A DNA stretch of 64,000 bases, taken from a virus. Of this stretch, positions 8,925 to 16,950 are shown one piece after another. The stretch lies in the IMG/VR virus record IMGVR_UViG_3300002060_000001, positions 1 through 64,000 of that record; one strand, 5' to 3'. Position 1 is the stretch's first letter. Each line of letters starts with the position of its first letter. The translations under genes and the position numbers were made by a program. The notes under the pieces are model-generated. The model saw nothing but the letters and a program-made list of their open reading frames with translations, had not been told where the DNA came from and searched no databases.

Positions 8925-9992
8925 TTATTCGGCTGTCGGTCTATCCAGACCCAGTACCTCATTGATCTTGACCTCCGGCATATCCTCAAGTTCATCCTGA
9001 TCCATGAGCCGCTTCCGGTAATAATCAGGAAGCCCGACATTCTGCGGCCCCTCAACGTACCCACCGAGATTTTTATCCCAGAGAGAATAACGCGGCCAGT
9101 GACCGTGACCCGCACCCTGATCCAGACACCATTTGATGCGGTCAAGTGCCATACGGTTTTGACGGACGCCCCACCAGATAGCATCATCCGAAATAGCCGC
9201 GATATTGTGAACATGAGAACCCGTCTTTTCCTGTGCGACAAGGAATGAGCTCTTAATCTCACGGCCCAGAACGCGCGCTATAGCCTCAATGGAAATAGCA
9301 AGTTGTTGATGATAGCCGTAATCACCCAGAGAACGGGAAATAGCACCCGATGAGGCATTCGCGACAGCCTTATAATCCCCTAGCATAACATCTGACGGAA
9401 TCACGTCAGGACGGTTTTTAACAAAAATTCCTGTCGCGGGGTCTTGATAAACAATCGTATGCTCAACCAAACCCTCAAGAAGCCCGTCTCGGATGAGCGG
9501 ATCAGTAGCCAGTTCAAGCGCCATATTCTTAAAGACCTCAACGTCCTTTTTGCCGACGATTGTTTTTCCTGCGTCTATCTGGGCCTGTTTCCAGGCTTTC
9601 TTGTATTGCAAAAATGAGCCATGCATATTCTGCTCATCGTCAACATAAGCGCCTTTATGACCCTCATTTGAGTTCCAGTTCTCAAATTCGTGATAGGCAA
9701 ATTGATCATCTGGCAAATCACGTTCAAGTAGGAAAGCATGAACCGCTTTTCCGAACCGCAGCGGCTCTGTTTCCTCTTGAGGTATTCGGTGTGGGTTATG
9801 GACAGAGCGTTCCCAGTATTTAGCCGGACAAGACTGTTGATTTGCCATAAGGCGCAGACCCGTACTTGAGACGGAATGACCTGTAAAAAGGTCAGGATCA
9901 CCATGATAGCGATCAATCGGAACCAGATAGACACCCGGCTCGCTAATTTGCTGTCCGGCCTCTATGGTCCGAACGGAGATATTCTGTGACAT
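8925..9992 (-). CDS. PD-(D/E)XK (RecB/Cas4-like) nuclease
   Basis: The ATG at 9992 has an upstream AAAGGAA; the track ORF uses a TTG at 10028. RPDVIPSDVMLGDYKAV is a D...(D/E)xK core. Its position beside RecT suggests the recombination exonuclease. Confidence 0.65.
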   Translation of the reverse strand: MSQNISVRTIEAGQQISEPGVYLVPIDRYHGDPDLFTGHSVSSTGLRLMANQQSCPAKYWERSVHNPHRIPQEETEPLRFGKAVHAFLLERDLPDDQFAYHEFENWNSNEGHKGAYVDDEQNMHGSFLQYKKAWKQAQIDAGKTIVGKKDVEVFKNMALELATDPLIRDGLLEGLVEHTIVYQDPATGIFVKNRPDVIPSDVMLGDYKAVANASSGAISRSLGDYGYHQQLAISIEAIARVLGREIKSSFLVAQEKTGSHVHNIAAISDDAIWWGVRQNRMALDRIKWCLDQGAGHGHWPRYSLWDKNLGGYVEGPQNVGLPDYYRKRLMDQDELEDMPEVKINEVLGLDRPTAE

Positions 9993-10063
9993 GGATGCGT
10001 TCCTTTTCTGTAGTTTTCGCGTCGCCAAGCATGACCGAAAGGGAAAACAGGGTCAAGGAACAA

Positions 10064-10081
10064 ATCACATTTTTTTGTTAT
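10064..10081 (+). promoter_or_regulatory. Palindrome-family box ATCACA-T6-TGTTAT in the divergent control region
   Basis: Member of the ATAACA-W6-TGTTAT family. It lies in the 10029-10121 gap between divergent operons. TTGACG at 10087-10092 follows. Confidence 0.45.
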
Positions 10082-10121
10082 TCCGATTGACGGGGCTATC
10101 CTTTTATGTAATTTGCGACTT

Positions 10122-10370
10122 ATGAAAACAGCTTATGATCTCTTAGAACGCGCCCGAAAACTGGCTCAAGACCCAGACAGCGGCATAACGATTGCAGACC
10201 TTTCCCGCGAGTCAGGAATCCATGATCCGACACTTCGCAATATGTTGCGCGAGGGACAGAAAAACAGAACACTTGATAATTTGGGCGAACTTGAAAAAGC
10301 CCTTGAAAAACTTGCGCCGGAACAACCGGACAAGGCCGAAGTTCCCGTGAGCGGCGAGAATAAGGACTAA
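10122..10370 (+). CDS. Small HTH-type regulator (putative)
   Basis: ATG at 10122 (MKTAYDLLERARKLAQDPDSGITIADLSRESGIHDPTLRNMLREG...). It is the first gene of the rightward operon. Confidence 0.5.
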   Translation: MKTAYDLLERARKLAQDPDSGITIADLSRESGIHDPTLRNMLREGQKNRTLDNLGELEKALEKLAPEQPDKAEVPVSGENKD

Positions 10371-10399
10371 TAAAACTCCCGCTCTGGAGACCTAAAACA

Positions 10400-10900
10400 A
10401 TGGCAAAATCTGTCGAAAAAGGAGCCGCGTCGTCTAATGCTGTAGATGACGAGACATTCCGCGCATTTGTGCGTTTAGCCGCAGAGGCAAACGAAGTATG
10501 CGAAAAAGCTAATTCAGCTAAAAAACGACTGCGTAAACAAATTAAAGCGGCGGGCATTCAGCTTGGCGACTTTGACGCTGTGATGAAAATGACTGACTGG
10601 GGACGTTCAGAGGTCAGAGAACATTTTGACCGCCGGACACTATACGCCAAATGGCTGAACCTTCCTGTGGGATCACAAGGCGAAATGTTTACAAGCGGGA
10701 GTGAAAACTCTGAAACAGGCGCAGAAACTCAAGGTGATGTCGTCTTTGCGAAAGCTTATCAAGCGGGTGTCATGGGTAAAGCCGCCGACTGCCCAGAGGA
10801 ATACCTTGATCAAAGCACTAAATGGGCCGAGGGCTATAAAGCCGGACAAGACAGTCTGGCTATGGAACTCATCAACAAAAACAAAGCAACGGCAGAATAA
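10400..10900 (+). CDS. Hypothetical protein (166 aa)
   Basis: Track ORF with an SD-like GGAGA 9 nt upstream of the ATG. There is only weak GapR/DUF2312-like resemblance in residues 18-90, which is not enough to call. Confidence 0.5.
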   Translation: MAKSVEKGAASSNAVDDETFRAFVRLAAEANEVCEKANSAKKRLRKQIKAAGIQLGDFDAVMKMTDWGRSEVREHFDRRTLYAKWLNLPVGSQGEMFTSGSENSETGAETQGDVVFAKAYQAGVMGKAADCPEEYLDQSTKWAEGYKAGQDSLAMELINKNKATAE

Positions 10901-11469
10901 TGACTGTCGCTATAGCGCTTGATACATCCTCAAGACGCACTGGCTATGTGAGGGGGCGGACCGATGGTTCCGGCCCCTTAACTATATCACACTTTGGCCT
11001 CAACCGTGAGGACAAGAATGATATCGGTGCAGGGATGGTTGAATTTAGAGAGGCCTTGAGGCCGCGCCTATCGGGTGTTGATATTATTTTCATGGAAAAA
11101 CCCGCGCTGCCCTTTGGAAAGCTGAACTATAACACACTCCGAATCCTATACGGGATTGCCGGAATGGTTGAGGTCATGGCGATCGATATGGGCATCCCGT
11201 GCTTTGATGTTGATAACGGAAAACACAAAAAGCTGATTTACGGTAAGGGTGGGGCTAAACCCGCCAATGCAGAAGAATTGGCCGCCGCTTGGGGTTTTGA
11301 GTGTCAGAATGACGATGAGGCTGACGCCGCCGGAGTATTCCTGCACAGTGTCAAAACCATGTATCCGGCTGACTTTCAACACTGGCTTGACATCAAAACT
11401 AATAGTCCGCGAGTTGATTTCATCAAGAAAGTAAAGGGCGGAAAAAAGGCTCAAAAGGTTCTAATTTAA
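10900..11469 (+). CDS. RuvC-like Holliday junction resolvase
   Basis: IALDTSSRRTGYV (Asp1), IIFMEKP (Glu), NDDEADAAGVFLH (Asp-Asp), 189 aa. Start via TAATG overlap. Confidence 0.7.
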   Translation: MTVAIALDTSSRRTGYVRGRTDGSGPLTISHFGLNREDKNDIGAGMVEFREALRPRLSGVDIIFMEKPALPFGKLNYNTLRILYGIAGMVEVMAIDMGIPCFDVDNGKHKKLIYGKGGAKPANAEELAAAWGFECQNDDEADAAGVFLHSVKTMYPADFQHWLDIKTNSPRVDFIKKVKGGKKAQKVLI

Positions 11470-11539
11470 CGAAACCGTTGCCAGAACAGCTTCTTTAGTC
11501 TAACCCCGCGAATGCGAAAACTAGACAAAAAGGAACAAT

Positions 11540-13021
11540 ATGTCAGGTATGCCCCACTCATTCGGCGTCGAGCAGTCACTGCTAGGCGCTTTAATTTTTG
11601 ACAATCAACAGATTGATCTGGTCGCGGATAAACTCTCCGAGGCCTCTTTTTTTGCCGAACAACATATCATTGTTTGGCGCGCGCTTCAGCAGATACGCCT
11701 TAAGGGCGGGATAGCTGACGCAAACACCCTTCTTGAATTTTTTGAGCGGGAAAATCAGTTAAAGAAAATCGGCGGCGATGAGTACCTAGCCCAGATGGTC
11801 AATAACGCGGCCCTTGAGCCTGAACTTGATGAATACACTGAAATTCTTGTTGACCTTCAACACCGCCGCGCGATGATCCGGATAGGACAGGCGCTTGAGG
11901 CTAGTTCCGTTAAACCTGAAATCGGTCAGGACTCATCCGATATAGCCGTCACGGCCCAGACGGAACTTTCTGCCATAATGATGGGAACAACCGTAAAGCC
12001 GGCCACAAATATCAAAGCCGGAATGAAAAAATATGTTCAAAAAGTCCGCGCGGGCAAAGAGGGAAATGTTGAATCCTGCCTATCGACGGGCTCTGAAGTT
12101 CTTAACCGCAGACTCGGCGGGGGTTTTTATAATTCAGACCTGATCATTCTCGCGGGGCGGCCCTCAATGGGTAAAACGCAACTGGCTCTGACGCTTCTTG
12201 AAAGTATGGCGTCAAGCGAGTCCGTGAAAGAGATTTCACAAGGTAAGAAAGCCCTAGTTCCGTTTTTCAGTCTTGAGATGGATGAGGAAAGTGTGTTCGG
12301 CAGAATGCTGACAACAAATAGTCATAAACGGTTCGGTAAACGGTACTCCTCACGGAAAATGCGCTCATATGACATCCCTGATCAACAGCTTGACGCCATA
12401 GAGGAACATCTTGAGGAATTGAGCGAAACAATGCTCATTGATGATCAGGGCGGGATCAAAATAAGAGATATGGAGGTCAGGTGTCTAAATATAGAACGGA
12501 CACACGGGCGGCCCATTGATGCTATCCTTGTGGATTATCTGCAAATCTTAACCGGAGCGCCCGATGACGTTAAGGCGGGTAAGACAGCAGAGGTCACGGG
12601 TATCTCTGCAGGGCTTAAGCGTCTGGCTAAACGCTTTGATGTCCCCGTTATCGCACTCGCTCAACTTAGCCGCGGTGTTGAAAGCCGTGATGATAAACGT
12701 CCTCAACTTTCAGATCTCCGAGATTCAGGCGCTATTGAGCAAGATGCGGATGTTGTGATGTTTGTCTATCGTGAGGCGTACTATCACGAGCGCGCTGAAC
12801 CAGACAGCTCAAGCGACAAACATCAAGCGTGGTCTGTGAAGCTTGAAAAGATCAGAAACGTGATGACGATCATAACCGCAAAACAGCGTCTCGGCCCCGT
12901 GGGTTCAGATGATATTTTCTGTGATGTATTCACCGGATATGTAGGGGACTGCAGTCCTACAGATATGCACGGCTCCGCCGCTCACAATGATCCCCGATGG
13001 TCTGGAAATAATCAGGCCTAG
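11540..13021 (+). CDS. dnaB: Replicative DNA helicase DnaB
   Basis: Walker A GRPSMGKTQLAL, FFSLEM, Walker B ILVDYLQIL, VIALAQLSRGVESRDDKRPQLSDLRDSGAIEQDADVVMFVYRE. Confidence 0.95.
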   Translation: MSGMPHSFGVEQSLLGALIFDNQQIDLVADKLSEASFFAEQHIIVWRALQQIRLKGGIADANTLLEFFERENQLKKIGGDEYLAQMVNNAALEPELDEYTEILVDLQHRRAMIRIGQALEASSVKPEIGQDSSDIAVTAQTELSAIMMGTTVKPATNIKAGMKKYVQKVRAGKEGNVESCLSTGSEVLNRRLGGGFYNSDLIILAGRPSMGKTQLALTLLESMASSESVKEISQGKKALVPFFSLEMDEESVFGRMLTTNSHKRFGKRYSSRKMRSYDIPDQQLDAIEEHLEELSETMLIDDQGGIKIRDMEVRCLNIERTHGRPIDAILVDYLQILTGAPDDVKAGKTAEVTGISAGLKRLAKRFDVPVIALAQLSRGVESRDDKRPQLSDLRDSGAIEQDADVVMFVYREAYYHERAEPDSSSDKHQAWSVKLEKIRNVMTIITAKQRLGPVGSDDIFCDVFTGYVGDCSPTDMHGSAAHNDPRWSGNNQA

Positions 13022-13154
13022 AAGGCGTTGAGCCCCGAACCTGACGGAACGGGGACTCTGCGAGAACTAAAACGATAAGGAACCGCTTTCGTAATATCCC
13101 TTTCGGGACTGTTACTGACTATCGGGTTTCTAAGGTAAAACAAAGGAAAAAAAC

Positions 13155-13385
13155 ATGAATATGCATCATTTTAACGTAGATATGGCCATAAAACATGGAT
13201 TAGTCATAGCTATCATCCTGCAATACATGAACGATTGTCAGGGAATGAACGGCGGCGAACCCCTATCTTTCAGCTATGATGAGCTCTGTAAAAAATTCTC
13301 ATATATTCCAAAAGGTGAGTTGAAATCCGCCATAACCTATATTTTTCATAAATCTTTAGGCCCAGTTCAGGTTGTTGTAAGATGA
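13155..13385 (+). CDS. Hypothetical protein (76 aa)
   Basis: Track ORF in an AT-rich stretch. Its stop overlaps the next start (ATGA). Confidence 0.45.
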   Translation: MNMHHFNVDMAIKHGLVIAIILQYMNDCQGMNGGEPLSFSYDELCKKFSYIPKGELKSAITYIFHKSLGPVQVVVR

Positions 13386-14317
13386 CTAATAAAACTGAAA
13401 TAGAGGTTGAAAGCCTAGACGAGCCATATGTGACCGTTCCGAACTCTTTTGTCCGTGGATCACTCTCATCAAATGCAAAAATATTGATGATCATGTTGAA
13501 GTCTCACTCTGAAAACTGGGTCTTTAATAAAAAACAAATTGGTAAATCACTTGAATGGGGTGAGGGGAAATTAACAAAGCACATCAAAGAACTTGAGGAC
13601 GCTAATCACCTTCACCGCCGTCAGCCTGTTTCAGAATCGGGCGCTATAATACCCGGTCCGTGGATATGGCAATTAAGCTATCAAGGAAAAGCCGGACGGT
13701 CTGAAAAATCCGCCCCCCCCAAAATCCGAGGGGCGGAAACTCCGAGGGTCGGAAAATCACCCCCCATAAGAAGAAAAAATATTAAGAAGCCAAATTCTAA
13801 GAATAATCCCCCCTCCCCCTTTGATAAATCTTTAGGATCATTTCACTACATGACAGAGGGTGAAAAGTATCCGATTCCCGATGAGTTTTATCCAGGGCGT
13901 GACATCAAAGATTATGCGCTTATAGATTTGAGAATATATCCTCAAGAATACCGAGATATTATTGTTAATTTTTCAGAGTATTGGCGCGATAGGTCTAAAA
14001 ATAAGAATGGTAAAAAGACACCGCGCGGATGGAAAGCTTGTCTCCGAACTTGGTTAAATAAAGAGGCGGTTTCATTAAAAGCTAAGTGGCGGGAACAACC
14101 GTTTGATTATAGGACTAAAGAAGAAGGCGGCGCGGCGGCGGTTCCGGATGACATTCAGGAATATGCCCCAGAATACTGGGAACTTCACGTCCGGCGTTAT
14201 TCTGATCAAGGTGACTGGACAGCCGTCGGGCCTAAGCCGGATGAGGCTGACTGCGTTGCGCCGGATGAAATCTTGCAAAAATATGGTTTTCCGATAAATA
14301 ACGAATCACAGGGGTAG
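13382..14317 (+). CDS. Replication initiator/organiser-like protein (wHTH N-terminus)
   Basis: The N-terminal YVTVPNSFVRGSLSSNAKILMIMLKSH...IGKSLEWGEGKLTKHIKELEDANHL is winged-helix-like. A low-complexity linker follows, and the C-terminal FSEYWRDRSKNKNGKKTPRGWKACLRTWLNKE is typical of phage replication organisers. The gene sits between dnaB and dnaG. Confidence 0.5.
   Translation: MTNKTEIEVESLDEPYVTVPNSFVRGSLSSNAKILMIMLKSHSENWVFNKKQIGKSLEWGEGKLTKHIKELEDANHLHRRQPVSESGAIIPGPWIWQLSYQGKAGRSEKSAPPKIRGAETPRVGKSPPIRRKNIKKPNSKNNPPSPFDKSLGSFHYMTEGEKYPIPDEFYPGRDIKDYALIDLRIYPQEYRDIIVNFSEYWRDRSKNKNGKKTPRGWKACLRTWLNKEAVSLKAKWREQPFDYRTKEEGGAAAVPDDIQEYAPEYWELHVRRYSDQGDWTAVGPKPDEADCVAPDEILQKYGFPINNESQG
13704..13767 (+). 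repeat. Four tandem 16-17-bp A-tract/G-rich repeats followed by an AT-rich tract
   Basis: AAAAATCCGCCCCCCCC / AAAATCCGAGGGGCGG / AAACTCCGAGGGTCGG / AAAATCACCCCCCAT. The two central copies are 14/16 identical. An AT-rich stretch at 13768-13810 follows. Confidence 0.6.
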
Positions 14318-14332
14318 AAAAGGCAAGGCTCT

Positions 14333-14905
14333 ATGAGCCTCTGGACAAATGATGAATTTGCGCTTGCGGTAAAGCTGACAAGTGTTCAAGGCCGCTCCTT
14401 TAGTGAAACCGCTGAAATCCTAACTCGTCACGGGTACAGTCAAAGAACCGTTGATGAAATTAAAGATAAGATAAAAAATGATGCCCCGACATCATGGGCT
14501 TTGATTGAGGAGGCCCGTCAAGCCCGTAAGGCGTCTGAAATATGTGGTGTTGCGGCCCCCGCGCCCAAGCGCCGTATGAAAGACGTCGGAGACGCTTTTG
14601 TAAATTTTATAGCTAGTCTTGAACCGGGTCTTTCAGAAGAAACCGTTTGTTGGCAGTCCCGTCAGGCTAGTTTTGATTGCAATATTACGGACACCCGTGT
14701 CGCGGCAGCGCGCGCCGGATATGTTTTGACCCCCGATGAGATTGAAGGGATTGCATATTATGAGGCTATAGCGAAAGATAAGTGCCTATGGCCTCTTGAT
14801 AATGGAAATGCTTGCGGGTCCGTCCGTGAGGTTGATAAATATTGCGGGGCTCATCATTGCCGCTCTTTGGGTGACTATCAAAGAAAAATGACTTTCACTT
14901 ATTAG
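14333..14905 (+). CDS. gcrA: GcrA-like cell-cycle regulator homologue
   Basis: N-terminal WTNDEFALAVKL...GRSFSETAEIL and C-terminal CLWPLDNGNACGS...YCGAHHC match the GcrA family layout (W-T-x-E...C-x-WP...C-G...C..H). Confidence 0.7.
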   Translation: MSLWTNDEFALAVKLTSVQGRSFSETAEILTRHGYSQRTVDEIKDKIKNDAPTSWALIEEARQARKASEICGVAAPAPKRRMKDVGDAFVNFIASLEPGLSEETVCWQSRQASFDCNITDTRVAAARAGYVLTPDEIEGIAYYEAIAKDKCLWPLDNGNACGSVREVDKYCGAHHCRSLGDYQRKMTFTY

Positions 14906-15569
14906 CGGCCCTTTCTCTCGCCTCATAACGGTTTTTGTCCTTATGGGCCTCTGTTGTTATAGCCCTTAAATTATTCGGCCCCCAGAACTCAATAAGTTCA
15001 AGAACTGGGATGTGACCGAAATCTCTATAAACCCTATAAAGCGGAATGATGTGATCAATTTGATATTGCCCATCAATAAGCTCCTCACCCGTTACTGAAC
15101 AAAATCCATCCTGACGGGTATAGAAAAAACTAGAATATTCATTCGGCGTCGACATAAGCGCGTAAGCCGCGGCGCATGCTTTATGCCAATATCCTGTTTT
15201 TGACTTTCCTGTTCCGTCCCAGTCGGTATGCCAACCCAGATTATAACGCACACCGCCGCACATAGGACATCCGGCCCCGTGACCGCCGTGATTAAATGGT
15301 TTTGGAAACTCCCTAAATAGTATTTTGTCCGGCCTTACAATAAGACCAGGCTCCCCAGTGTCCGGATGGCGCCAAGTGTAGCGGGATTGAGAACGCTTTC
15401 TGGGCCACTCAAATTTAGGCTCAAGTGTTTGCTTCTGCATAAGCGCTTTCATAAGGGCAAAGGCTCGCGCCGGATGACGATGCCAATACCGCTGAACCCG
15501 CAGTGACGGGGTATCAAAAGACATCACGGGGACGTTTTTGACTGCAGGGGGTTGAGTGGGTGATTCCAT
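14895..15569 (-). CDS. HNH endonuclease, inverted inside a plus-strand operon
   Basis: CPMCGG...IDHIIPLYRV...NNLRAITTEAHKDKN is an HNH core. It is the only minus-strand gene between 10122 and 27770. Confidence 0.75.
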   Translation of the reverse strand: MESPTQPPAVKNVPVMSFDTPSLRVQRYWHRHPARAFALMKALMQKQTLEPKFEWPRKRSQSRYTWRHPDTGEPGLIVRPDKILFREFPKPFNHGGHGAGCPMCGGVRYNLGWHTDWDGTGKSKTGYWHKACAAAYALMSTPNEYSSFFYTRQDGFCSVTGEELIDGQYQIDHIIPLYRVYRDFGHIPVLELIEFWGPNNLRAITTEAHKDKNRYEARERAANK

Positions 15570-15622
15570 CTAAATCTTATATCGCGGCAGATTTTTGTTG
15601 CAATGCCTCACGGAGTCGGCTT

Positions 15623-16942
15623 ATGGCTGACGACGCGAAAACTAAATCCATGAAAGGGAAAACCGCTATGAAAGCCGACCAGTCTTATAAAATCGTCAGC
15701 CTTATCGTTGAAAACATCAAAAACATCCGAGCCGTTGAAATTAAACCTGACGGGAATATGGTTGAAATAACGGGCCGTAATGGCGCGGGAAAAACATCAA
15801 TCCTAGATTCCATCTGGTGGGCGCTTGCCGGAAAAGGGCCCATTCAAGGCAAGCCTATCCGTGACGGTCAGGAAAAAGCCACCATTGAACTTAGTCTCGG
15901 CCCCGTCACGGTAACGCGGACGTTTACCGCCACAAAGACAGGCGGATATACGACATCTCTTATTCTTGAGGGTGTGGACGGCATGAAATATGACTCGCCG
16001 CAGTCTATCCTTAACGCGATTGTTGGAGATCTGACGTTTGATCCTCTGGCATTTACGCGGGAAAGCCCCAAGGAACAATTTGCTATGTTGCAAAAGTTCG
16101 TTGAGGGGTATGACTTTGATGACGCGGCCATGCGGCGAAAGAACTTTTACACGGAACGCACCGATGTGAATCGTCAGGCTAAAGCCCTTGAGACTAAAAT
16201 TCAGGGCATACCTGATTTACCAGAGGGTGAGGAAATCCTTGATCTTACGGCCCTGACGGCATCCTATCAAAAAGCTGTAGCGGATCAGCGTGAGGTTGAT
16301 GATAAAACCCGCCGTATCGCGTCTGCCGTTCAGGATATTGAGGACAGAACCTTTAAGGTTGCTCAATTAAAGAAAGAGATTGAAAAGCTTGAGGGTGAAA
16401 TGACGGGCCTTGAACGGATAGCCAAAATGACAGCCCCCGCGCCTATTGATATCGCGTCCATTGAGGCGGATATGGAAAAAGCCCAGTCACAAACTGAACT
16501 GGCGGCTGATCAGCGCCGCAAGAAAGAACAGTCAGCAGAACTGCTTGAGGTTCAATCTAGGTCCGCCGAATTAACGGCTAAAATTGAAACGATCGATGAG
16601 GAGCGTCAGAAAGCCATTCAGGAAAGCAAAATTCCCGTTCAGAACATCACATTCGGATTTGATGAAAAAGACAACGGCATTGTCATGCTTGACGGCGTAC
16701 CTTTTGAACAAGGTTCTGACGCTCAACAGTTGCGGGCCGCCATTGAAATAGCTATAGCGATGAACCCACAATTACGGGTCTGCCGCGTCCGAGACGGCTC
16801 CTTAATTGATGAGGATGGAATGAAAGCCCTTGCGGAATATGCTGAAAAACACGATTTCCAGATTTGGATTGAGCGGGTTGATACATCCGGCAAGTCTGGA
16901 ATTGTTATCGAGGACGGCGCACTGCTTAAACCTGACGCTTAA
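15623..16942 (+). CDS. SMC/SbcC/RecF-like AAA ATPase with a coiled-coil insert
   Basis: Start at ATG 15623, GGAG 7 nt upstream. VENIKNIRAVEI...ITGRNGAGKTSILDSIWWAL (Walker A), a central coiled coil, and C-terminal QLRAAIEIAIAM...VRDGSLIDEDG (signature/Walker B-like). Confidence 0.7.
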   Translation: MADDAKTKSMKGKTAMKADQSYKIVSLIVENIKNIRAVEIKPDGNMVEITGRNGAGKTSILDSIWWALAGKGPIQGKPIRDGQEKATIELSLGPVTVTRTFTATKTGGYTTSLILEGVDGMKYDSPQSILNAIVGDLTFDPLAFTRESPKEQFAMLQKFVEGYDFDDAAMRRKNFYTERTDVNRQAKALETKIQGIPDLPEGEEILDLTALTASYQKAVADQREVDDKTRRIASAVQDIEDRTFKVAQLKKEIEKLEGEMTGLERIAKMTAPAPIDIASIEADMEKAQSQTELAADQRRKKEQSAELLEVQSRSAELTAKIETIDEERQKAIQESKIPVQNITFGFDEKDNGIVMLDGVPFEQGSDAQQLRAAIEIAIAMNPQLRVCRVRDGSLIDEDGMKALAEYAEKHDFQIWIERVDTSGKSGIVIEDGALLKPDA

Positions 16943-16950
16943 GGCTCAAG

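Noticed and set aside
10113-10121. TTG start given by the ORF track for the first rightward gene. Similar upstream TTG/GTG starts occur at 18711, 22599, 10028 and 53961.
   Set aside because: In-frame ATGs a few codons downstream have better SD spacing, or match the conserved GGAGAT-4 nt-ATG context of the cassettes.
10400-10900. GapR/DUF2312-like nucleoid protein assignment for the 166-aa ORF.
   Set aside because: Only a loose helical-pattern resemblance (…RLRKQIKAAGIQLGDFDAVMKM…). It is too weak without a profile search, so the ORF is left as hypothetical.
13022-13154. Hairpin GAGCCCCG...CGGGGACTC after dnaB as a terminator.
   Set aside because: The stem is bulged with a 12-nt loop and there is no U-tract. 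The downstream genes are clearly part of the same replication block.
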